Numbered from the stretch's first letter, positions 1-8,266 are shown. The stretch: 64,000 nt of DNA from a virus (IMGVR_UViG_3300031953_000003:24790-88789), one strand, 5' to 3'. Notes: generated by a model not told the origin, from the sequence alone. Numbers and translations are program-made.

Positions 1-173
1 AAATAAAAGTTGTATAAAAAATTTTGTGGTGAAAAAATAAATGTCGGTGAATTGATCGTTGAACCACCTTATCTTTTACCCCCGGCTAAGTTTTGGAAAT
101 GAAAGTACCCCGTCACTTTTATCTCTATATACTTAATCAAGACGGTCAATAATTATTTTTAAACGTATTTCTT

Positions 174-773
174 ATGAAAACCGTACAAATCACAAAAGTA
201 GAGCGTATCGCGTCAATGGGTTTAACTGTACTACACATTGGTAACAAACCAAATGTATTGCGTACTGATGAACAACTCCTTGCTGATATTAATGGCTCAT
301 TTATCACACCACGTGAAGTAACTAGTATGAATGATCCACAAGTACGTGATGTATTACGTACATTACGAGGTGGTACTCTTATGGGTGACATTACTCATGT
401 TAAAGCAGGTGACAAATGGACAGTAACCGCAGAGAGTAGAGTTATGAGAGAGCCTAAAGCTAAAGGCTTTGGACAGTATCAGGTAGGAGATCAGAAAGAG
501 TATGAAAAGGATGCAACTATCATTAATGACGGTTTCCTTACTCTTGATCTTAATCGTAGAGCTTATGAAGAAACTGCTAATGCTAATGCTTACGCTAGAG
601 AGCGTGTAGCTATGGCTGATGCATTTGACTTTAATGGTGGTTCTTCTGTTGAACCTAATGCAACTGCAACTCAACCTGAACCAGCACCAGCTGTAGAAGG
701 TAATGATGAAGATGATTTCCCAGAAACTGATGCTGCTAAGGCTGCAATGGCAACTGAAGAGAAAGAATCTTAA
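174..773 (+). CDS. Early protein with long acidic C-terminal tail (function unknown)
   Basis: 199-aa ORF with codon usage suggesting high expression (many CGT/GCT); tail EPAPAVEGNDEDDFPETD; followed by an intrinsic terminator. Confidence 0.8.
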   Translation: MKTVQITKVERIASMGLTVLHIGNKPNVLRTDEQLLADINGSFITPREVTSMNDPQVRDVLRTLRGGTLMGDITHVKAGDKWTVTAESRVMREPKAKGFGQYQVGDQKEYEKDATIINDGFLTLDLNRRAYEETANANAYARERVAMADAFDFNGGSSVEPNATATQPEPAPAVEGNDEDDFPETDAAKAAMATEEKES

Positions 774-793
774 TCACTAATTAATTATTAACT

Positions 794-822
794 AAAGCTG
801 CTGTTAATAGCAGCAGCTTTTT
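794..822 (+). terminator. Rho-independent terminator
   Basis: AAAGCTGCTG-TTAATAG-CAGCAGCTTT followed by TTATTT. Confidence 0.85.
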
Positions 823-835
823 ATTTACTATCATT

Positions 836-1018
836 ATGAAACCACAAGCCACTACAGTAACCATTGCTACACCACGAGGTGTTAACATTGGTAACAACAT
901 TAAGAATGATCTTGTTAATCAAGGTATATTCAATCACATTAACCTAAATGAAATAATAACTGTACGTAACACTAAATTAAGATGTGCTATTACTACAGTT
1001 AAATACTCATTCAAATAA
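836..1018 (+). CDS. Small hypothetical protein
   Basis: 60-aa ORF, ATTATG start context, same strand as neighbours. Confidence 0.55.
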   Translation: MKPQATTVTIATPRGVNIGNNIKNDLVNQGIFNHINLNEIITVRNTKLRCAITTVKYSFK

Positions 1019-1026
1019 CCATTATT

Positions 1027-1215
1027 ATGAAAATACTAGGACAAGTTACTTTATTTATACTTACTGTACTATCATTTACAGTAGCAGCTATTATGGTGTT
1101 TGGAGAACTAACAACACCTGATAATCTTATGTTCATCGCTATTAAATCAGTAGGGTTAATATTTGGTATGATTTCTTACCAATTCTATCTGATGCTATTT
1201 CGTGAGCGTGCTTAA
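1027..1215 (+). CDS. Small two-TM membrane protein
   Basis: 62 aa, two hydrophobic stretches. Confidence 0.65.
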   Translation: MKILGQVTLFILTVLSFTVAAIMVFGELTTPDNLMFIAIKSVGLIFGMISYQFYLMLFRERA

Positions 1216-1218
1216 ACT

Positions 1219-1250
1219 AATGGACTACTGGAATACTCTGGTAGTCTATT
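1219..1250 (+). terminator. 14-bp hairpin downstream of a gene (terminator or processing stem)
   Basis: AATGGACTACTGGA-ATAC-TCTGGTAGTCTATT pairs fully with G-U wobbles; weak U-tract. Confidence 0.5.
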
Positions 1251-1811
1251 AACTTTGGCTGCTGTAGACATAGTATTCGTTACTTATTACTAAATCCTCA
1301 ATCATAATACCGGGAAATTTACCAAATCATTATTACTATTATTAGACATAGTATTCATATCTACAATTACATTAAGACACTTTCGTAGTGGTTAGTATTT
1401 AGTGGTATTACTTAGGGAGTACAGATATTCTATCAATTATTTATAACTATTTGTTGGTTGTAGTCATAGTATTGATAAGATTAATTAAATTAGTTATAGA
1501 AATTACTATAATTGATGTAATTAAGCAGGATTTAGAGTTATTATTAACTGTTAGAGTTAAGGTGACTGTAGCTGTACTCCTAATACCATTATTCTTATCA
1601 CTATCACCACAATTATTTCAATTCCATTATTATATCACAATCACCAACATTTATTATCATGTATTCATATAATATAACCAAATCACACCAATTCACTAAC
1701 ATCACCTCATCATACAAATATCCTATTTCACATTTAACCATCAACTTGTCATTCAATTTAAACATTGTATTAGTTTATCATTTTAACTATATTAGATAAC
1801 ACTATTATCCT

Positions 1812-1819
1812 TATATTTG
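1812..1819 (+). promoter_or_regulatory. Bacteroidota sigma70 -7 element candidate
   Basis: TATATTTG matches TAnnTTTG in a non-coding tract upstream of the 2033 gene cluster; no clear -33 TTG. Confidence 0.35.
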
Positions 1820-1945
1820 TACCCTATTTACTCATTAAATAATCACACATTTATCTTGCACAGGTCATACAAATAACCTATGTAGGTATTATTATTAAAG
1901 AGTAACATACTAATAATCTAATTATCAATGCATTAAATCAATCCT

Positions 1946-1987
1946 AGTGAACTGTGAGGACAGTAGAGTGAACTGTGAGGACAGTAG
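1946..1987 (+). repeat. Perfect 21-bp tandem duplication AGTGAACTGTGAGGACAGTAG x2
   Basis: 1946-1966 identical to 1967-1987. Confidence 0.95.
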
Positions 1988-2032
1988 GACGCATATTCAT
2001 ACGCGTTTCAATCATTTAATTCAATCAACATC

Positions 2033-2209
2033 ATGATCAAACATGTAATTCTAGTAATAGTAGCAGGTATAATAGCATTAATATTAATAAATACATTAGA
2101 CTACTATATATCTAATAATTTAGTACAAATAATACTACTAATAATCATACTTTTATTATGGGTGTATTCTTTATATAGAATAGTATCAGATGCTGATAAT
2201 ATTAAGTAA
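2033..2209 (+). CDS. Small two-TM membrane protein (not in ORF track)
   Basis: 58 aa MIKHVILVIVAGIIALILIN...LLWVYSLYRIVSDADNIK, ATG..TAA. Confidence 0.6.
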   Translation: MIKHVILVIVAGIIALILINTLDYYISNNLVQIILLIIILLLWVYSLYRIVSDADNIK

Positions 2210-2258
2210 ATTACCCTGTACAATGATAGAGGTATTCTAATCAACTAAATTATAACTA

Positions 2259-2447
2259 ATGATACATTTAAAACTCATACTATCAACATTAATACTAATA
2301 GCTTGTTATATAATTACAGTACTCTTAATATCAGATATTAATAATATTCCTCTACCTTATAAAATGTTATTAATAATCTTATCATTAATAATACATAGTA
2401 CTCTAGCTGCATTTGTAGGTATATACTTTGGTAGTAAAGATAAATAA
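2259..2447 (+). CDS. Small two-TM membrane protein
   Basis: 62 aa, hydrophobic. Confidence 0.65.
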   Translation: MIHLKLILSTLILIACYIITVLLISDINNIPLPYKMLLIILSLIIHSTLAAFVGIYFGSKDK

Positions 2448-2449
2448 TC

Positions 2450-2653
2450 ATGAAGAATAATATCATAATGATTATAATAATACTAGTTGTAGGTACGCTA
2501 TTCATAATACTATACAGACAAGCTGTTATAGATATTAAAGATTCAAGAGAATTATATGTAGCAGCTGTAGTAATATATTTAGTTCACATGTATATAAATC
2601 ATAAACTTATTAAATACTTTAATAATGAAAAAGATAACAACAATAGGTCATAG
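2450..2653 (+). CDS. Small two-TM membrane protein
   Basis: 67 aa, hydrophobic. Confidence 0.65.
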   Translation: MKNNIIMIIIILVVGTLFIILYRQAVIDIKDSRELYVAAVVIYLVHMYINHKLIKYFNNEKDNNNRS

Positions 2654-3008
2654 TAATCATGATCTTACTATAATTATTAAAGAGAAATTTATGAATGAAG
2701 GATTAGAACCTGATATTCTTATACCTTTTATACCTGCTGATTTAGTAATAGATAATAAACAATACCAGAAAATACAAGTATCATCTAAACATACTAGTTC
2801 AATAGCTAAGACATTAATAATGATGTATACAGGTATTGAAGGTTATGGAGCTAGAAACGATTCAGAAAAATTAGAAGATGATCAAGTAATAAAAGAGTAT
2901 AGACTTATAATAGCTAAAAAATCTAAACTATCTCGTAAACAAAGAGAGTATATTGTTAAAACATTTAATTATAGATATAAACTTATTCACAATGAAAAAG
3001 AAATTTAA
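2625..3008 (+). CDS. Hypothetical protein
   Basis: 127-aa ORF in a tightly packed operon. Confidence 0.7.
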   Translation: MKKITTIGHSNHDLTIIIKEKFMNEGLEPDILIPFIPADLVIDNKQYQKIQVSSKHTSSIAKTLIMMYTGIEGYGARNDSEKLEDDQVIKEYRLIIAKKSKLSRKQREYIVKTFNYRYKLIHNEKEI

Positions 3009-3120
3009 TAAACTAACAGCTTACATACTATTGCACCTATTATCAATAGTATATTATCCATTCATCAATATGTATGCTTTTAAAGCATTAGAAAAAAATA
3101 GTGATCATATAAATAAATAA
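2992..3120 (+). CDS. Small hydrophobic protein (not in ORF track)
   Basis: 42 aa MKKKFNKLTAYILLHLLSIVYYPFINMY...; fills the gap between genes. Confidence 0.5.
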   Translation: MKKKFNKLTAYILLHLLSIVYYPFINMYAFKALEKNSDHINK

Positions 3121-3122
3121 TT

Positions 3123-3254
3123 ATGAAAACAACTAGAAATACAATATACTACGCACTAAACAAAGTAATACCAATCTTATTATTAATGGTATTGTTACTA
3201 ACAGTTATAGCTATAATAATGTTTTTAGTTGTAATATTTATAATAATCTTATAA
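3123..3254 (+). CDS. Small single-TM protein (not in ORF track)
   Basis: 43 aa ending in a long hydrophobic run; TAATG coupling to the next ORF. Confidence 0.5.
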   Translation: MKTTRNTIYYALNKVIPILLLMVLLLTVIAIIMFLVVIFIIIL

Positions 3255-3397
3255 TGGAAGAACCTAAAGTAATACCAGTAATAGTAATGCAAATTACTAT
3301 AGATACTCTTTATAAAAGAAATATAGAGATAGCCAATGACAGTATTAAGGAAGTAGTACACTTAGATAATAATCGTTACTACATATTAAAAGTATAG
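3254..3397 (+). CDS. Small hypothetical protein (not in ORF track)
   Basis: 47 aa MEEPKVIPVIVMQ...; overlapping TAATG start. Confidence 0.5.
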   Translation: MEEPKVIPVIVMQITIDTLYKRNIEIANDSIKEVVHLDNNRYYILKV

Positions 3398-3401
3398 TAT
3401 T

Positions 3402-3644
3402 ATGGGACACGTTATATGTAAACAATTTGATGGTAAATATTCTGTATTCAGTACAATAGTAGATGATTTTATTATAACTGATGCTGTTAAAGAGGATATA
3501 ATAGCTTATAGACTAGAAGATGCTACAAAATCTATAAAAGATCATGTAGATAAAGAGCTGAGAATGATAGAAGCTTGCTCTAAAGAAGAACAAGTAAAAG
3601 TTTATAATACATTTATAAGAATATCAAAAAGAAATAAAAAATAA
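3402..3644 (+). CDS. Hypothetical protein
   Basis: 80-aa ORF. Confidence 0.7.
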   Translation: MGHVICKQFDGKYSVFSTIVDDFIITDAVKEDIIAYRLEDATKSIKDHVDKELRMIEACSKEEQVKVYNTFIRISKRNKK

Positions 3645-3669
3645 TATTAACAATCTTACAGTTAAACAT

Positions 3670-4269
3670 ATGGAAACTAAAAGAGCAAAGGTAATAATGT
3701 TACCTACAGATAAAGCAACAAGAGGTTCTAATATATTTAAGACTAATAATGGTTTTAGATACCAAACAGTTTTAGAAGATGCTAATATTAAAGAATTTTC
3801 TAAATCATTTAATTCTTGGATACCTCAACACCTATACTTCATAACAGAGGAAGTAATTAAAGAAGGTGATTGGTTTTTACATAACAAAATAATAAAACAA
3901 TGTAAAAACAATAGTAAAACTGCTAATAAATTAAAAAGCTGTAAAAAAATAGTAGCTACTACTGATGTACTACCCTTATACAAAGCAGGTATTGAAATAG
4001 GTTTATTTTTACCTCAACCGTCACAAGCATTTATTGAGAAGTATTGTGAACTAGGTGGTATTGATGAAGTATTGATTGAATATGAAATAGACGGTTTATT
4101 TCCTTATAAAATCAAAATAGATTCTCATAATACTATTACTATTCATCCTATTAAAGATAGTTGGACTAAAGAAGAGCATTGTACAGATATGCAATATTAT
4201 ATGGAATATTGTAAAAGTAATGATTATGTTACTCCAAAAGAATGGTTAAGTAAATACAAACATTATTAA
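3670..4269 (+). CDS. Hypothetical phage protein
   Basis: 199-aa ORF; KVIMLPT/QHLY/EGDW pattern recalled from Bacteroidota phage hypotheticals. Confidence 0.75.
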   Translation: METKRAKVIMLPTDKATRGSNIFKTNNGFRYQTVLEDANIKEFSKSFNSWIPQHLYFITEEVIKEGDWFLHNKIIKQCKNNSKTANKLKSCKKIVATTDVLPLYKAGIEIGLFLPQPSQAFIEKYCELGGIDEVLIEYEIDGLFPYKIKIDSHNTITIHPIKDSWTKEEHCTDMQYYMEYCKSNDYVTPKEWLSKYKHY

Positions 4270-4282
4270 TAAATAAACTATT

Positions 4283-4663
4283 ATGAAATTTAAAAAAGAA
4301 TTATTTAAATATTTAAGTGAATTATCTGGATTAGATATAATTGATAAAATATTTATTAATTCTTTTTCAGATACATATCAATTAAAATATACTACTATAG
4401 ATAATGAAGAGTATAAACTAGGTAAAAGATATTTAAAAGGTAACATACCAGCTTATACTTTAAATCAGTGTAATACAGAGATTAAAACATTACCTATAGA
4501 TTTTGTATTTGATAATATGTATTATAAAGTTCATAAATCAATAAATGATTTTGGTATTGAATATACTGTAGATAAATCATTATATAAATATGATGAAGGA
4601 AATGGATGGCATTCAATGCAAAATATAATAAATATTAATAATGAACAATTTGTAAATATATAA
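4283..4663 (+). CDS. Hypothetical protein
   Basis: 126-aa ORF. Confidence 0.7.
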   Translation: MKFKKELFKYLSELSGLDIIDKIFINSFSDTYQLKYTTIDNEEYKLGKRYLKGNIPAYTLNQCNTEIKTLPIDFVFDNMYYKVHKSINDFGIEYTVDKSLYKYDEGNGWHSMQNIININNEQFVNI

Positions 4664-4667
4664 AACT

Positions 4668-5400
4668 AAACTCTTTGATTGAAGATAAACAACAGACCAA
4701 TTTAAATATTTAGTTTATGCTAAATGGCTCTAGTAAACTATTTTGTTAAACTGTATCAGCAGTTGTGTTTATTCAAGATGTTATAACAGAAGCATTGTGG
4801 TTTGAGCGCCACCTAGAATAGAATTATAATCTTAACTGATATTTAAGCAAAGAGTTTTTAATATAACAAGATTTTGAAATTGATGAAAATAACAACTATT
4901 ATATAAATTGTATAAATAGAATTATTAGTAATATAAAGTAAACTTATTGTTTATAATAAACGTCTAAACCTTGAAACGTTGTGAGTGTAGTATAACTACT
5001 TAATTCCCTCACTAAAGAAAGATAACATATAAATTGATTCTTGTTAGCCTGTCATGCTAACGGAGTAACATAACATATTAAAGTTATCAAGTGTACCAAC
5101 TGTAATGGTAATCGTTGGAATATATATTTAAACCCTACAACTTCCGAGTAGGTGGTAGAAATACCTAGATATATGGATAGCACTTAGGAGTTTCCAGCAA
5201 GAGATAGTATAGAACCCTAGTATGCAATTAGGCGCAATTCCTAAACATATAAGTTGATTAAAGTTCTACATATTAGGTAATCTAATTATCTTGTGACCAT
5301 TTATAATAGTACATACCGCAATTTGTTTAAATGATACTGCAATTTCAGCTATTATAGATGGTGCTAATACAAATCAGCAAAAATTGCTATTTTAACTGGC
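4668..5400 (+). ncRNA. Candidate large structured ncRNA (multi-domain)
   Basis: About 830 nt without an ORF in a gene-dense genome; many helices (4668-77/4848-57, 4679-93/4762-76, 4981-85/5008-12, 5021-26/5083-88, 5043-48/5056-61, 5134-38/5148-52), GGTA-GAAA-TACC GNRA hairpin, T-arm-like hairpins. Confidence 0.5.
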
Positions 5401-5497
5401 TCATAGAGGAATAAATATTTAATCAACAATTAAACGATACACAATATTTATTAATAGTAAGGTAAACTATTTTTTATTAATTAAACAATTAAATGTT

Positions 5498-5680
5498 ATG
5501 GGATTAGGTATAACAGTAAATGAACTAAAAAATACTAAAGAAAATTCAATAATGAGTTTATCTATTGCTATAAAATTAATTGATTATGCTTTAATTTATA
5601 ATGATGATAAACTTATATTAAAAATTAATTCTAATATAATGAAAGAATCATTAATATTATATTTGAAACAAAAACAATAA
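5498..5680 (+). CDS. Small hypothetical protein
   Basis: 60-aa ORF. Confidence 0.55.
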   Translation: MGLGITVNELKNTKENSIMSLSIAIKLIDYALIYNDDKLILKINSNIMKESLILYLKQKQ

Positions 5681-5696
5681 CTAAAAATTAAATGTT

Positions 5697-5963
5697 ATGG
5701 GAAGATATATTAATAAAGATAGTAAAGGAGAATTTATAGGATCAACTTTTTCTCAAAAAAGAGCAGCTTTAATACAAGATAATGCTATTATGATTCCTCC
5801 ACCTACTAAATTTGAAGAGAATTTAGTATGTCTTGTAGATAACCGTTTCTTTGCAGCAGCAGGTTATGCTTATTCAGAACAAGAAATGAATAAACTTCTT
5901 AATACAAATGGTAGATCATTTCAATGGTTTGATTATCCTCATGCTAAAGAACTAGCTAAATAA
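5697..5963 (+). CDS. Hypothetical protein
   Basis: 88-aa ORF. Confidence 0.75.
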   Translation: MGRYINKDSKGEFIGSTFSQKRAALIQDNAIMIPPPTKFEENLVCLVDNRFFAAAGYAYSEQEMNKLLNTNGRSFQWFDYPHAKELAK

Positions 5964-5973
5964 ATATAAGACT

Positions 5974-6648
5974 ATGGAATTTAAAGATTTAGAAAAAGGA
6001 GATAGTTATACTAATACACAAGGTAATAATACTTGGGTAATAAAAGTTAGTGATAATTCTTATAGGTTTAAATCTGAAACAGGTAATTGTTATGATTTAT
6101 GTAAAAACGTTGTTCATGGTAGCATTAAAAATGGTACTTATAATAATTTTAAAAGACACAATGGTGAACCTACATATATACCTTTAATTCTTCAAAATAC
6201 TAAAATTGAAGTATTAGACGCTGATCAATCTCGTTTAGTACAACAACTTGCTTTTAGTCAAGGATTTCGTTGGCTTAATAATGAGCTTTCTTTAGAGTAT
6301 AGGAATCTTTATGCTCCTTATATTTACTTTAGTGGTAAAACTATAATGTTTGGTAGTAATTTAGAAAGTTTTGCTCTCAATCATAATAAAGAAATAAAAT
6401 TTGAAGATTTAATTAATAAAATAAAGAAAAATGAAAAAGCAAACAAACACTACAAAAATGAAAACAATGACACGATCAGAGAGACTTCAACAGAATCCAG
6501 AGGACAAACAACAGGCTGCTGTATTACATCAAATCCAAAGAGACAAATTACAAGCGCAAGCAGACTTGTTGGAAACACAAGGGCAGCTAAGTATAACAAA
6601 ACAACAGTTAGAAAATCTGAAATCGGCTTCTGTTCTATCTCTATTTGA
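5974..6648 (+). CDS. Hypothetical protein; C-terminus overprints the next gene
   Basis: 224-aa ORF; last 218 nt overlap 6431..6730 in another frame. Confidence 0.7.
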   Translation: MEFKDLEKGDSYTNTQGNNTWVIKVSDNSYRFKSETGNCYDLCKNVVHGSIKNGTYNNFKRHNGEPTYIPLILQNTKIEVLDADQSRLVQQLAFSQGFRWLNNELSLEYRNLYAPYIYFSGKTIMFGSNLESFALNHNKEIKFEDLINKIKKNEKANKHYKNENNDTIRETSTESRGQTTGCCITSNPKRQITSASRLVGNTRAAKYNKTTVRKSEIGFCSISI

Positions 6649-6730
6649 TGTTATAGAGAAAATGAATGAAATTGCAGGTCTTGAAGCAGGAGAAAAAGCT
6701 ATTAAAGAACTAATAGCTGAATTGTTTTAA
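6431..6730 (+). CDS. Coiled-coil protein (overlapping gene)
   Basis: 99 aa, Q/E/K/L-rich helical pattern. Confidence 0.7.
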   Translation: MKKQTNTTKMKTMTRSERLQQNPEDKQQAAVLHQIQRDKLQAQADLLETQGQLSITKQQLENLKSASVLSLFDVIEKMNEIAGLEAGEKAIKELIAELF

Positions 6731-6760
6731 TTAATTATTAATTTTAAATACTTATTACTT

Positions 6761-6982
6761 ATGAAAAATTTATGTTTTTTACTATTATTATCAATAGGAT
6801 TATCTACAATAACTATTCAAAATAGTACTGTAGATCAAACAGTAATTGTTGATACTAATATTATCAATACCGATAAATCACTATTTATACCAACTTCTAA
6901 AACAGCAGGATTTTGGAGTGATTGGTGGGATGGTTTTGTAGGTAAAACTCCAAAAGGTATTAAAGTACCTCGTAACGGATAA
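6761..6982 (+). CDS. Small secreted peptide precursor candidate
   Basis: N-terminal signal-like MKNLCFLLLLSIGLS; Trp-rich C-terminus GFWSDWWDGFVGK. Confidence 0.65.
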   Translation: MKNLCFLLLLSIGLSTITIQNSTVDQTVIVDTNIINTDKSLFIPTSKTAGFWSDWWDGFVGKTPKGIKVPRNG

Positions 6983-6997
6983 TATTACTAATATAAA

Positions 6998-7026
6998 TAA
7001 CCCGGTACAATATATGTATCGGGTTA
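6998..7026 (+). terminator. Intergenic 11-bp hairpin
   Basis: TAACCCGGTAC-AATATAT-GTATCGGGTTA; weak U-tract. Confidence 0.55.
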
Positions 7027-7038
7027 ATTAACTTAATT

Positions 7039-7470
7039 ATGAATGAAAAATACTACTACGCTAAAAAAATTAACGGTTGTGAACAACTATTTATACTAAA
7101 AAAAGAAACAGCTCATAGATTTACTATAAATAAAGGTAAAGGACATATTGTAGAAGGAGAATCTAGTATTGGTAAAGATAGTTTTCTTAATAGAATTTAT
7201 TCTATTAAACAACAAATCAGTAAAGAACAGTATGATATAAAACTTAATGATTTTTATACTACTAGAAATACACAAAAACCATTCAAACATTATTGGTATA
7301 ATGCAAATAGGAAATTACTTTATAGAATAGAAGATTTGTTAGTATATGTATTTGATCTTAGAACTGGTAAATGTTTTATTATAAGAAATATAGGAGATAT
7401 TACAAAATATTTTAAAGCTATATCCAAATATAGATTTGAAGCTTTAATTTTAAGAAATTTAGACTTATGA
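7039..7470 (+). CDS. Hypothetical protein
   Basis: 143-aa ORF; ATGA overlap with the next gene. Confidence 0.7.
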   Translation: MNEKYYYAKKINGCEQLFILKKETAHRFTINKGKGHIVEGESSIGKDSFLNRIYSIKQQISKEQYDIKLNDFYTTRNTQKPFKHYWYNANRKLLYRIEDLLVYVFDLRTGKCFIIRNIGDITKYFKAISKYRFEALILRNLDL

Positions 7471-7916
7471 AAAAAGTAGAATATGATATTGAACAGTCTC
7501 CTTTCTACTCATTAGGTATGCGTACTCGTGCTACACTAAAAGAACTCAAAGCTAATAAAGGAGAAGAAATAGTTCTAGCGCGTAAAAGATACTTTAAAAG
7601 AGATGAGTATATCAAATTCATAGTAAATACTGAATATGATATTAAAGAGTACGATAAACTATCACCTTTATCAAAGACTGTATTACAATACATACTCTAT
7701 GAATGTCTTGAATATAACACACCTACATTTAGATTTAAAGTAGAAAGCTTTCTAGCTATATTAGAATATAGTGAATCTTATGTACATAAAGCATTAAGAG
7801 AACTAGTTAAAGCTAATTATATAGCTAAGACTAGAACTAAAGAAGTCTATTGGATAAACCACAACAAATATTATAAAGGTAACTTTATGATAGATAAATT
7901 CATTAAACAAAAATAA
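7467..7916 (+). CDS. repL: RepL-like winged-helix replication/DNA-binding protein
   Basis: wHTH pattern VHKALRELVKANYIAK...VYWINHNKYYKG resembling plasmid RepL. Confidence 0.6.
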   Translation: MKKVEYDIEQSPFYSLGMRTRATLKELKANKGEEIVLARKRYFKRDEYIKFIVNTEYDIKEYDKLSPLSKTVLQYILYECLEYNTPTFRFKVESFLAILEYSESYVHKALRELVKANYIAKTRTKEVYWINHNKYYKGNFMIDKFIKQK

Positions 7917-7918
7917 TT

Positions 7919-8263
7919 ATGAATCTACCTTATATAATAGAAGGAGAATTATATCTTTCTGCATTAGAATTAGAAAAAGCTTTATCAGAAAAAGGTACTA
8001 TTGATATTGTAACATCTACTGATATTTTATGTATAATTAATTATACTAGAAGAATAAGACATAGAACAAAAGTATTTGAATATATTTTTAGTTTTGAAGA
8101 TTATAAAGAGAATATAAATAATAGTATTAATTTATATGGTATAAGTAAAGAAATTTCTGAATTTATATTAAGAGCAAGAACTGTAAGACTTATTTCTAAA
8201 GAGCATAAAGATATTATTAACGATTACGTCAAAAAAAATTATTCTCATTTTTTAAAAGATTAA
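7919..8263 (+). CDS. Hypothetical protein, paralog of 8267..8575
   Basis: Shared PY.I.G..L...E.AL.E..TD..C..Y..IS..L..R..Y.KK pattern. Confidence 0.7.
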   Translation: MNLPYIIEGELYLSALELEKALSEKGTIDIVTSTDILCIINYTRRIRHRTKVFEYIFSFEDYKENINNSINLYGISKEISEFILRARTVRLISKEHKDIINDYVKKNYSHFLKD

Positions 8264-8266
8264 ATT

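Noticed and set aside
146-674. Antisense ORFs 146..391 and 363..674
   Set aside because: Shadows of the plus-strand gene 174..773 with no independent signals
1451-1672. 73-aa TTG-start ORF in the skewed tract
   Set aside because: Low-complexity artefact of the G/T then C/A composition; no ATG
1946-1987. Mini-CRISPR array
   Set aside because: The repeats are directly adjacent with no spacer, and no cas genes are present
4668-5400. Canonical tRNA, tmRNA or group I intron
   Set aside because: No complete cloverleaf or CCA, no tmRNA termini or tag ORF, no P7 consensus, and no interrupted gene
5658-5665. TATATTTG promoter element
   Set aside because: Lies within a CDS with no -33 TTG at the correct spacing
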